From the human T2T-CHM13v2.0 reference genome, Homo sapiens: DNA of 64,000 bases. This document shows, in pieces, positions 13,301 to 27,300 of this stretch (positions within the stretch are counted from its first letter, which is position 1; the number at the start of each line of letters is the position of its first letter). The stretch lies in NCBI RefSeq assembly GCF_009914755.1, contig NC_060925.1, one strand, 5' to 3'. The notes under the pieces were generated by a model that saw only the letters and a program-made list of their open reading frames with translations, did not search any database and had not been told where the DNA came from. Made by a program: the position numbers and the translations under genes.

Positions 13301-16300
13301 ATCGAATGGAATCAACATCAAATGGAATCAAATGGAATCATTGAACGGAATTGAATGGAATCGTCATCGAATGAATTGACTGCAATCATCGAATGGTCTC
13401 GAATGGAATCATCTTCAAATGGAAGGGAATGGAATCATCGCATAGAATCGAATGGAATTATCATCGAATGGAATCGAATGGAATCAACATCAAACGGAAA
13501 AAAACAGAATTATCGTATGGAATCGAAGAGAATCATCGAATGGACCCGAATGGAATCATCTAATGGAATGGAATGGAATAATCCATGGACTCGAATGCAA
13601 TCATCATCGAATGGAATCGAATGGAATCATCGAATGGACTCGAATGGAATAATCATTGAACGGAATCGAATGGAATCATCATCGGATGGAAATGAATGGA
13701 ATCATCATCGAATGGAATCGAATAGAATTATGGAATGAAATCCAGTGTGATCATCATCGAATGGACCCGAATGGAATCATCATCCAACGGAAGCTAATGG
13801 AATCAACATCGAATGAATCGAATGGAAACACCATCGAATTGAAACGAATGGAATTATCATGAAATTGAAATGGATGGACTCATCATCGAATGGATTCGAA
13901 TGGAATCATGGAATAAAATTGATTGAAATCATCATCCAATGGAATCGAATGGTATCATTGAATGGAATCGAATGGAATCATCATCAGATGGAAATGAATG
14001 GAATCGTCATAGAATGGAATCGAATGGATTCATTGAATGGAATCAGATGGAATCATCGAATGGACTGGAATGGAATCATTGAATGGACTCGAAAGGGATC
14101 ATGATTGAATGGAATTGAATGGAATCATCGAATGGTCTCGATTGGAATCATTATCAAATGGAATCGAATGGAATCACCGAATAGAATCGAATGGAACAAT
14201 CATCGAATGGACTCAAATGGAATTATCCTCCAATGGAATCGAATGGAATTATCGAATGCAATCGAATGGAATTATCGAATGCAATCGAATAGAATCATCG
14301 AATGGACTCGAATGGAATCATCGAATGGAATGGAATGGAACAGTCAATGAACTCGAATGGAATCATCATTGAATGGAATCGAATGGAATCATCGAGTGGA
14401 ATCGAATGGAATTATGATCAAATGGAATCGAATGTAATCATCATCAAATGGAATCAAAAATAACCATCATCAATTGGTATTGAATGGAATTGTCATCAAA
14501 TGGAATTCAAAGGAATCATCATCAAATGGAACCGAATGGAATCCTCATTGAATGGAAATGAAAGGGGTCATCATCTAATGGAATCGCATGGAATCATCAT
14601 CAAATGGAATCGAATGGAATCATCATCAAATGGAATCTAATGGAATCATTGAACAGAATTGAATGGAATCGTCATCGAATGAATTGAATGCAATCATCGA
14701 ATGGTCTCGAATGGAATCATCTTCTAATGGAAAGGAATGGAATCATCGCATAGAATCGAATGGAATTATCAGCGAATGGAATCGAATGGTATCAACACCA
14801 AACGGAAAAAAACGGAATTATCGAATGGAATCGAAGAGAATCTTCGAACGGACCCGAATGGAATCATCTAATGGAATGGAATGGAATAATCCATGGACTC
14901 GAATGCAATCATCATCGAATGGAATCGAATGGAATCATCGAATGGACTCGAATGGAATAATCATTGAACGGAATCGATTGGAATCATCATCGGATGGAAA
15001 CGAATGGAATCATCATCGAATGGAAATGAAAGGAGTCATCATCTAATGGAATTGCATGGAATCATCATAAAATGGAATCGAATGGAATCAACATCAAATG
15101 GAATCAAATGGAATCATTGAACGGAATTGAATGGAATCGTCATCGAATGAATTGACTGCAATCATCGAATGGTCTCGAATGGAATCATCTTCAAATGGAA
15201 GGGAATGGAATCATCGCATAGAATCGAATGGAATTATCATCGAATGGAATCGAATGGAATCAACATCAAACGGAAAAAAACAGAATTATCGTATGGAATC
15301 GAAGAGAATCATCGAATGGACCCGAATGGAATCATCTAATGGAATGGAATGGAATAATCCATGGACTCGAATGCAATCATCATCGAATGGAATCGAATGG
15401 AATCATCGAATGGACTCGAATGGAATAATCATTGAACGGAATCGAATGGAATCATCATCGGATGGAAATGAATGGAATCATCATCGAATGGAATCGAATA
15501 GAATTATGGAATGAAATCCAGTGTGATCATCATCGAATGGACCCGAATGGAATCATCATCCAACGGAAGCTAATGGAATCAACATCGAATGAATCGAATG
15601 GAAACACCATCGAATTGAAACGAATGGAATTATCATGAAATTGAAATGGATGGACTCATCATCGAATGGATTCGAATGGAATCATCGAATAAAATTGAAT
15701 GAAATCATCATCGAATGGAATCGAATGGTATCATTGAATGGAATCGAATGGAATCATCATCAGATGGAAATGAATGGAATCGTCATAGAATGGAATCGAA
15801 TGGATTCATTGAATGGAATCAGAAGGAATCATCGAATGGACTGGAATGGAATCATTGAATGGACTCGAAAGGGATCATTATTGAATGGAATTGAATGGAA
15901 TCATCGAATGGTCTCGATTGGAATCATTATCAAATGGAATCGAATGGAATCACCGAATAGAATCGAATGGAACAGTCATCGCATGGACTCAAATGGAATT
16001 ATCCTCAAATGGAATCGAATGGAATTATCGAATGCAATCGAATGGAATTATCGAATGCAATCGAATAGAATCATCGAATGGACTCGAATGGAATCATCGA
16101 ATGGAATGGAATGGAACAGTTAATGAACTCGAATGGAATCATCATTGAATGGAATCGAATGGAATCATCGAGTGGAATCGAATGGAATTATGATCAAATG
16201 GAATCGAATGTAATCATCATCAAATGGAATCAAAAATAACCATCAACAATTGGTATTGAATGGAATTGTCATCAAATGGAATTCAAAGGAATCATCATCA

Positions 16301-19300
16301 AATGGAACCGAATGGAATCCTCATTGAATGGAAATGAAAGGGGTCATCATCTAATGGAATCGCATGGAATCATCATCAAATGGAATCGAATGGAATCATC
16401 ATCAAATGGAATCTAATGGAATCATTGAACAGAATTGAATGGAATCGTCATCGAATGAATTGAATGCAATCATCGAATGGTCTCGAATGGAATCATCTTC
16501 TAATGGAAAGGAATGGAATCATCGCATAGAATCGAATGGAATTATCATCGAATGGAATCGAATGGTATCAACACCAAACGGAAAAAAACGGAATTATCGA
16601 ATGGAATCGAAGAGAATCTTCGAACGGACCCGAATGGAATCATCTAATGGAATGGAATGGAATAATCCATGGACTCGAATGCAATCATCATCGAATGGAA
16701 TGGAATGGAATCATCGAATGGACTCGAATGGAATAATCATTGAACGGAATCGAATGGAATCATCATCGGATGGAAACGAATGGAATCATCATCGAATGGA
16801 AATGAAAGGAGTCATCATCTAATGGGATTGCATGGAATCATCATAAAATGGAATCGAATGGAATCAACATCAAATGGAATCAAATGGAATCATTGAACGG
16901 AATTGAATGGAATCGTCATCGAATGAATTGACTGCAATCATCGAATGGTCTCGAATGGAATCATCTTCAAATGGAATGGAATGGAATCATCGCATAGAAT
17001 CGAATGGAATTATCATCGAATGGAATCGAATGGAATCAACATCAAACGGAAAAAAACAGAATTATCGTATGGAATCGAAGAGAATCATCGAATGGACCCG
17101 AATGGAATCATCTAATGGAATGGAATGGAATAATCCATGGACTCGAATGCAATCATCATCGAATGGAATCGAATGGAATCATCGAATGGACTCGAATGGA
17201 ATAATCATTGAACGGAATCGAATGGAATCATCATCGGATGGAAATGAATGGAATCATCATCGAATGGAATCGAATAGAATTATGGAATGAAATCCAGTGT
17301 GATCATCATCGAATGGACCCGAATGGAATCATCATCCAACGGAAGCTAATGGAATCAACATCGAATGAATCGAATGGAAACACCATCGAATTGAAACGAA
17401 TGGAATTATCATGAAATTGAAATGGATGGACTCATCATCGAATGGATTCGAATGGAATCATCGAATAAAATTGATTGAAATCATCATCGAATGGAATCGA
17501 ATGGTATCATTGAATGGAATCGAATGGAATCATCATCAGATGGAAATGAATGGAATCGTCATAGAATGGAATCGAATGGATTCATTGAATGGAATCAGAT
17601 GGAATCATCGAATGGACTGGAATGGAATCATTGAATGGACTCGAAAGGGATCATGATTGAATGGAATTGAATGGAATCATCGAATGGTCTCGATTGGAAT
17701 CATTATCAAATGGAATCGAATGGAATCACCGAATAGAATCGAATGGAACAATCATCGAATGGACTCAAATGGAATTATCCTCAAATGGAATCGAATGGAA
17801 TTATCGAATGCAATCGAATGGAATTATCGAATGCAATCGAATAGAATCATCGAAAGGACTCGAATGGAATCATCGAATGGAATGGAATGGAACAGTCAAT
17901 GAACTCGAATGGAATCATCATTGAATGGAATCGAATGGAATCATCGAATAAAATTGATTGAAATCATCATCGAATGGAATCGAATGGTATCATTGAATGG
18001 AATCGAATGGAATCATCATCAGATGGAAATGAATGGAATCGTCATAGAATGGAATCGAATGGATTCATTGAATGGAATCAGATGGAATCATCGAATGGAC
18101 TGGAATGGAATCATTGATGGGACTCGAAAGGGATCATTATTGAATGGAATTGAATGGAATCATCGAATGGTCTCGATTGGAATCATTATCAAATGGAATC
18201 GAATGGAATCACCGAATAGAATCGAATGGAACAATCATCGAATGGACTCAAATGGAATTATCCTCCAATGGAATCGAATGGAATTATCGAATGCAATCGA
18301 ATGGAATTATCGAATGCAATCGAATAGAATCATCGAATGGACTCGAATGGAATCATCGAATGGAATGGAATGGAACAGTCAATGAACTCGAATGGAATCA
18401 TCATTGAATGGAATCCAATGGAATCATCGAGTGGAATCGAATGGAATTATGATCAAATGGAATCGAATGTAATCATCATCAAATAGAATCAAAAATAACC
18501 ATCATCAATTGGTATTGAATGGAATTGTCATCAAATGGAATTCAAAGGAATCATCATCAAATGGAACCGAATGGAATCCTCATTGAATGGAAATGAAAGG
18601 GGTCATCATCTAATGGAATCGCATGGAATCATCATCAAATGGAATCGAATGGAATCATCATCAAATGGAATCTAATGGAATCATTGAACAGAATTGAATG
18701 GAATCGTCATCGAATGAATTGAATGCAATCATCGAATGGTCTCGAATGGAATCATCTTCTAATGGAAAGGAATGGAATCATCGCATAGAATCGAATGGAA
18801 TTATCATCGAATGGAATCGAATGGTATCAACACCAAACGGAAAAAAACGGAATTATCGAATGGAATCGAAGAGAATCTTCGAACGGACCCGAATGGAATC
18901 ATCTAATGGAATGGAATGGAATAATCCATGGACTCGAATGCAATCATCATCGAATGGAATGGAATGGAATCATCGAATGGACTCGAATGGAATAATCATT
19001 GAACGGAATCGAATGGAATCATCATCGGATGGAAACGAATGGAATCATCATCGAATGGAAATGAAAGGAGTCATCATCTAATGGAATTGCATGGAATCAT
19101 CATAAAATGGAATCGAATGGAATCAACATCAAATGGAATCAAATGGAATCATTGAACGGAATTGAATGGAATCGTCATCGAATGAATTGACTGCAATCAT
19201 CGAATGGTCTCGAATGGAATCATCTTCAAATGGAATGGAATGGAATCATCGCATAGAATCGAATGGAATTATCATCGAATGGAATCGAATGGAATCAACA

Positions 19301-22300
19301 TCAAACGGAAAAAAACGGAATTATCAAATGGAATCGAAGAGAATCATCGAATGGACCCGAATGGAATCATCTAATGGAATGGAATGGAATAATCCATGGA
19401 CTCGAATGCAATCATCATCGAATGGAATCGAATGGAATCATCGAATGGACTCGAATGGAATAATCATTGAACGGAATCGAATGGAATCATCATCGGATGG
19501 AAATGAATGGAATCATCATCGAATGGAATCGAATAGAATTATGGAATGAAATCCAGTGTGATCATCATCGAATGGACCCGAATGGAATCATCATCCAACG
19601 GAAGCTAATGGAATCAACATCGAATGAATCGAATGGAAACACCATCGAATTGAAACGAATGGAATTATCATGAAATTGAAATGGATGGACTCATCATCGA
19701 ATGGATTCGAATGGAATCATCGAATAAAATTGATTGAAATCATCATCCAATGGAATCGAATGGTATCATTGAATGGAATCGAATGGAATCATCATCAGAT
19801 GGAAATGAATGGAATCGTCATAGAATGGAATCGAATGGATTCATTGAATGGAATCAGATGGAATCATCGAATGGACTGGAATGGAATCATTGAATGGACT
19901 CGAAAGGGATCATGATTGAATGGAATTGAATGGAATCATCGAATGGTCTCGATTGGAATCATTATCAAATGGAATCGAATGGAATCACCGAATAGAATCG
20001 AATGGAACAATCATCGAATGGACTCAAATGGAATTATCCTCCAATGGAATCGAATGGAATTATCGAATGCAATCGAATGGAATTATCGAATGCAATCGAA
20101 TAGAATCATCGAATGGACTCGAATGGAATCATCGAATGGAATGGAATGGAACAGTCAATGAACTCGAATGGAATCATCATTGAATGGAATCGAATGGAAT
20201 CATCGAGTGGAATCGAATGGAATTATGATCAAATGGAATCGAATGTAATCATCATCAAATGAAATCAAAAATAACCATCATCAATTGGTATTGAATGGAA
20301 TTGTCATCAAATGGAATTCAAAGGAATCATCATCAAATGGAACCGAATGGAATCCTCATTGAATGGAAATGAAAGGGGTCATCATCTAATGGAATCGCAT
20401 GGAATCATCATCAAATGGAATCGAATGGAATCATCATCAAATGGAATCTAATGGAATCATTGAACAGAATTGAATGGAATCGTCATCGAATGAATTGAAT
20501 GCAATCATCGAATGGTCTCGAATGGAATCATCTTCTAATGGAAAGGAATGGAATCATCGCATAGAATCGAATGGAATTATCAGCGAATGGAATCGAATGG
20601 TATCAACACCAAACGGAAAAAAACGGAATTATCGAATGGAATCGAAGAGAATCTTCGAACGGACCCGAATGGAATCATCTAATGGAATGGAATGGAATAA
20701 TCCATGGACTCGAATGCAATCATCATCGAATGGAATCGAATGGAATCATCGAATGGACTCGAATGGAATAATCATTGAACGGAATCGATTGGAATCATCA
20801 TCGGATGGAAACGAATGGAATCATCATCGAATGGAAATGAAAGGAGTCATCATCTAATGGAATTGCATGGAATCATCATAAAATGGAATCGAATGGAATC
20901 AACATCAAATGGAATCAAATGGAATCATTGAACGGAATTGAATGGAATCGTCATCGAATGAATTGACTGCAATCATCCAATGGTCTCGAATGGAATCATC
21001 TTCAAATGGAAGGGAATGGAATCATCGCATAGAATCGAATGGAATTATCATCGAATGGAATCGAATGGAATCAACATCAAACGGAAAAAAACAGAATTAT
21101 CGTATGGAATCGAAGAGAATCATCGAATGGACCCGAATGGAATCATCTAATGGAATGGAATGGAATAATCCATGGACTCGAATGCAATCATCATCGAATG
21201 GAATCGAATGGAATCATCGAATGGACTCGAATGGAATAATCATTGAACGGAATCGAATGGAATCATCATCGGATGGAAATGAATGGAATCATCATCGAAT
21301 GGAATCGAATAGAATTATGGAATGAAATCCAGTGTGATCATCATCGAATGGACCCGAATGGAATCATCATCCAACGGAAGCTAATGGAATCAACATCGAA
21401 TGAATCGAATGGAAACACCATCGAATTGAAACGAATGGAATTATCATGAAATTGAAATGGATGGACTCATCATCGAATGGATTCGAATGGAATCATCGAA
21501 TAAAATTGAATGAAATCATCATCGAATGGAATCGAATGGTATCATTGAATGGAATCGAATGGAATCATCATCAGATGGAAATGAATGGAATCGTCATAGA
21601 ATGGAATCGAATGGATTCATTGAATGGAATCAGAAGGAATCATCGAATGGACTGGAATGGAATCATTGAATGGACTCGAAAGGGATCATGATTGAATGGA
21701 ATTGAATGGAATCATCGAATGGTCTCGATTGGAATCATTATCAAATGGAATCGAATGGAATCACCGAATAGAATCGAATGGAACAGTCATCGCATGGACT
21801 CAAATGGAATTATCCTCAAATGGAATCGAATGGAATTATCGAATGCAATCGAATGGAACTATCGAATGCAATCGAATAGAATCATCGAATGGACTCGAAT
21901 GGAATCATCGAATGGAATGGAATGGAACAGTTAATGAACTCGAATGGAATCATCATTGAATGGAATCGAATGGAATCATCGAGTGGAATCGAATGGAATT
22001 ATGATCAAATGGAATCGAATGTAATCATCATCAAATGGAATCAAAAATAACCATCAACAATTGGTATTGAATGGAATTGTCATCAAATGGAATTCAAAGG
22101 AATCATCATCAAATGGAACCGAATGGAATCCTCATTGAATGGAAATGAAAGGGGTCATCATCTAATGGAATCGCATGGAATCATCATCAAATGGAATCGA
22201 ATGGAATCATCATCAAATGGAATCTAATGGAATCATTGAACAGAATTGAATGGAATCGTCATCGAATGAATTGAATGCAATCATCGAATGGTCTCGAATG

Positions 22301-23758
22301 GAATCATCTTCTAATGGAAAGGAATGGAATCATCGCATAGAATCGAATGGAATTATCATCGAATGGAATCGAATGGTATCAACACCAAACGGAAAAAAAC
22401 GGAATTATCGAATGGAATCGAAGAGAATCTTCGAACGGACCCGAATGGAATCATCTAATGGAATGGAATGGAATAATCCATGGACTCGAATGCAATCATC
22501 ATCGAATGGAATGGAATGGAATCATCGAATGGACTCGAATGGAATAATCATTGAACGGAATCGAATGGAATCATCATCGGATGGAAACGAATGGAATCAT
22601 CATCGAATGGAAATGAAAGGAGTCATCATCTAATGGGATTGCATGGAATCATCATAAAATGGAATCGAATGGAATCAACATCAAATGGAATCAAATGGAA
22701 TCATTGAACGGAATTGAATGGAATCGTCATCGAATGAATTGACTGCAATCATCGAATGGTCTCGAATGGAATCATCTTCAAATGGAATGGAATGGAATCA
22801 TCGCATAGAATCGAATGGAATTATCATCGAATGGAATCGAATGGAATCAACATCAAACGGAAAAAAAAAGAATTATCGTATGGAATCGAAGAGAATCATC
22901 GAATGGACCTGAATGGAATCATCTAATGGAATGGAATGGAATAATCCATGGACTCGAATGCAATCATCATCGAATGGAATCGAATGGAATCATCGAATGG
23001 ACTCGAATGGAATAATCATTGAACGGAATCGAATGGAATCATCATCGGATGGAAATGAATGGAATCATCATCGAATGGAATCGAATAGAATTATGGAATG
23101 AAATCCAGTGTGATCATCATCGAATGGACCCGAATGGAATCATCATCCAACGGAAGCTAATGGAATCAACATCGAATGAATCGAATGGAAACACCATCGA
23201 ATTGAAACGAATGGAATTATCATGAAATTGAAATGGATGGACTCATCATCGAATGGATTCGAATGGAATCATCGAATAAAATTGATTGAAATCATCATCG
23301 AATGGAATCGAATGGTATCATTGAATGGAATCGAATGGAATCATCATCAGATGGAAATGAATGGAATCGTCATAGAATGGAATCGAATGGATTCATTGAA
23401 TGGAATCAGATGGAATCATCGAATGGACTGGAATGGAATCATTGAATGGACTCGAAAGGGATCATGATTGAATGGAATTGAATGGAATCATCGAATGGTC
23501 TCGATTGGAATCATTATCAAATGGAATCGAATGGAATCACCGAATAGAATCGAATGGAACAAGCATCGAATGGACTCAAATGGAATTATCCTCAAATGGA
23601 ATCGAATGGAATTATCGAATGCAATCGAATGGAATTATCGAATGCAATCGAATAGAATCATCGAAAGGACTCGAATGGAATCATCGAATGGAATGGAATG
23701 GAACAGTCAATGAACTCGAACGGAATCATCATTGAATGGAATCGAATGGAATCATCGA
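10344..23758 (+). repeat. Out-of-register tandem duplication (copy 1 ~10344-17930, copy 2 ~17931-23758), original length 5,811 bp
   Basis: Unit spacing 16439->18698 is 2259 = 1776+483. Rare variants recur at offset 7587 and then at offset 5811 (see findings). Confidence 0.8.
12113..15664 (+). repeat. Recent single-unit (1,776 bp) tandem duplication
   Basis: Adjacent units share CATGGAATAA (12134/13910), TATCAGCG (12996/14772), GGAAGGGAA (~13425/15201), AAACAGAATTATCGTA and ATCGATTGG. Confidence 0.8.
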
Positions 23759-23915
23759 GTGGAATCGAATGGAATTATGATCAAATGGAATCGAATGTAA
23801 TCATCATCAAATGGAATCAAAAATAACCATCATCAATTGGTATTGAATGGAATTGTCATCAAATGGAATTCAAAGGAATCATCATCAAATGGAACCGAAT
23901 GGAATCCTCATTGAA

Positions 23916-24383
23916 TGGAAATGAAAGGGGTCATCATCTAATGGAATCGCATGGAATCATCATCAAATGGAATCGAATGGAATCATCATCAAATGGAATC
24001 TAATGGAATCATTGAACAGAATTGAATGGAATCGTCATCGAATGAATTGAATGCAATCATCGAATGGTCTCGAATGGAATCATCTTCTTATGGAAAGGAA
24101 TGGAATCATCGCATAGAATCGAATGGAATTATCATCGAATGGAATCGAATGGTATCAACACCAAACGGAAAAAAACGGAATTATCGAATGGAATCGAAGA
24201 GAATCTTCGAACGGACCCGAATGGAATCATCTAATGGAATGGAATGGAATAATCCATGGACTCGAATGCAATCATCATCGAATGGAATCGAATGGAATCA
24301 TCGAATGGACTCGAATGGAATAATCATTGAACGGAATCGAATGGAATCATCATCGGATGGAAATGAATGGAATCATCATCGAA
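23916..24383 (+). repeat. Short 1,308-bp unit carrying a single hybrid 468-bp module (A head, B tail)
   Basis: Spacing 24026->25334 is 1308 = 1776-468. A-type markers run to ~24213, followed by B-type GGAAATGAA...CGAATAGAATTATGG. Confidence 0.92.
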
Positions 24384-27300
24384 TGGAATCGAATAGAATT
24401 ATGGAATGAAATCCAGTGTGATCATCATCGAATGGACCCGAATGGAATCATCATCCAACGGAAGCTAATGGAATCAACATCGAATGAATCGAATGGAAAC
24501 ACCATCGAATTGAAACGAATGGAATTATCATGAAATTGAAATGGATGGACTCATCATCGAATGGATTCGAATGGAATCATCGAATAAAATTGATTGAAAT
24601 CATCATCCAATGGAATCGAATGGTATCATTGAATGGAATCGAATGGAATCATCATCAGATGGAAATGAATGGAATCGTCATAGAATGGAATCGAATGGAT
24701 TCATTGAATGGAATCAGATGGAATCATCGAATGGACTGGAATGGAAACATTGAATGGACTCGAAAGGGATCATTATTGAATGGAATTGAATGGAATCATC
24801 GAATGGTCTCGATTGGAATCATTACCAAATGGAATCGAAAGGAATCACCGAATAGAATCGAATGGAACAATCATCGAATGGACTCAAATGGAATTATCCT
24901 CAAATGGAATCGAATGGAATTATCGAATGCAATCGAATGGAATTATCGAATGCAATCGAATAGAATCATCGAATGGACTCGAATGGAATCATCGAATGGA
25001 ATGGAATGGAACAGTCAATGAACTCGAATGGAATCATCATTGAATGGAATCGAATGGAATCATCGAGTGGAATCGAATGGAATTATGATCAAATGGAATC
25101 GAATGTAATCATCATCAAATGGAATCAAAAATAACCATCATCAATTGGTATTGAATGGAATTGTCATCAAATGGAATTCAAAGGAATCATCATCAAATGG
25201 AACCGAATGGAATCCTCATTGAATGGAAATGAAAGGGGTCATCATCTAATGGAATCGCATGGAATCATCATCAAATGGAATCGAATGGAATCATCATCAA
25301 ATGGAATCTAATGGAATCATTGAACAGAATTGAATGGAATGGTCATCGAATGAATTGAATGCAATCATCGAATGGTCTCGAATGGAATCATCTTCTAATG
25401 GAAAGGAATGGAATCATCGCATAGAATCGAATGGAATTATCATCGAATGGAATCGAATGGTATCAACACCAAACGGAAAAAAACGGAATTATCGAATGGA
25501 ATCGAAGAGAATCTTCGAACGGACCCGAATGGAATCATCTAATGGAATGGAATGGAATAATCCATGGACTCGAATGCAATCATCATCGAATGGAATCGAA
25601 TGGAATCATCGAATGGACTCGAATGGAATAATCATTGAACGGAATCGAATGGAATCATCATCGGATGGAAACGAATGGAATCATCATCGAATGGAAATGA
25701 AAGGAGTCATCATCTAATGGAATTGCATGGAATCATCATAAAATGGAATCGAATGGAATCAACATCAAATGGAATCAAATGGAATCATTGAACGGAATTG
25801 AATGGAATCGTCATCGAATGAATTGACTGCAATCATCCAATGGTCTCGAATGGAATCATCTTCAAATGGAATGGAATGGAATCATCGCATAGAATCGAAT
25901 GGAATTATCATCGAATGGAATCGAATGGAATCAACATCAAACGGAAAAAAACGGAATTATCGAATGGAATCGAAGAGAATCATCGAATGGACCCGAATGG
26001 AATCATCTAATGGAATGGAATGGAATAATCCATGGACTCGAATGCAATCATCATCGAATGGAATCGAATGGAATCATCGAATGGACTCGAATCGAATAAT
26101 CATTGAACGGAATCGAATGGAATCATCATCGGATGGAAATGAATGGAATCATCATCGAATGGAATCGAATAGAATTATGGAATGAAATCCAGTGTGATCA
26201 TCATCGAATGGACCCGAATGGAATCATCATCCAACGGAAGCTAATGGAATCAACATCGAATGAATCGAATGGAAACACCATCGAATTGAAACGAATGGAA
26301 TTGTCATGAAATTGAAATGGATGGACTCATCATCGAATGGATTCGAATGGAATCATCGAATAAAATTGATTGAAATCATCATCCAATGGAATCGAATGGT
26401 ATCATTGAATGGAATCGAATGGAATCATCATCAGATGGAAATGAATGGAATCGTCATAGAATGGAATCGAATGGATTCATTGAATGGAATCAGATGGAAT
26501 CATCGAATGGACTGGAATGGAATCATTGAATGGACACGAAAGGGATCATTATTGAATGGAATTGAATGGAAGCATCGAATGGTCTCGATTGGAATCATTA
26601 TCAAATGGAATCGAATGGAATCACCGAATGGAATCGAATGGAACAATCATCGAATGGACTCAAATGGAATTATCCTCCAATGGAATCGAATGGAATTATC
26701 GAATGCAATCGAATGGAATTATCGAATGCAATCGAATGGAATTATCGAATGCAATCGAATAGAATCATCGAATGGACTCGAATGGAATCATCGAATGGAA
26801 TGGAATGGAACAGTCAATGAACTCGAATGGAATCATCATTGAATGGAATCGAATGGAATCATCGAGTGGAATCGAATGGAATTATGATCAAATGGAATCG
26901 AATGTAATCCTCATCAAATGGAATCAAAAATAACCATCATCAATTGGTATTGAATGGAATTGTCATCAAATGGAATTCAAAGGAATCATCATCAAATGGA
27001 ACCGAATGGAATCCTCATTGAATGGAAATGAAAGGGGTCATCATCTAATGGAATCGCATGGAATCATCATCAAATGGAATCGAATGGAATCATCATCAAA
27101 TGGAATCTAATGGAATCATTGAACAGAATTGAATGGAATCGTCATCGAATGAATTGAATGCAATCATCGAATGGTCTCGAATGGAATCATCTTCTAAAGG
27201 AAAGGAATGGAATCATCGCATAGAATCGAATGGAATTATCATCGAATAGAATCGAATGGTATCAACACCAAACGGAAAAAAACGGAATTATCGAATGGAA

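Noticed and set aside
17465-18430. Simple local 483-bp tandem duplication
   Set aside because: The two adjacent 483-bp segments differ at several markers (TGAATGGACT/TGATGGGACT, CATGATT/CATTATT, CTCAAA/CTCCAA, CGAAAGG/CGAATGG). The second matches 10.36-10.84 kb instead.
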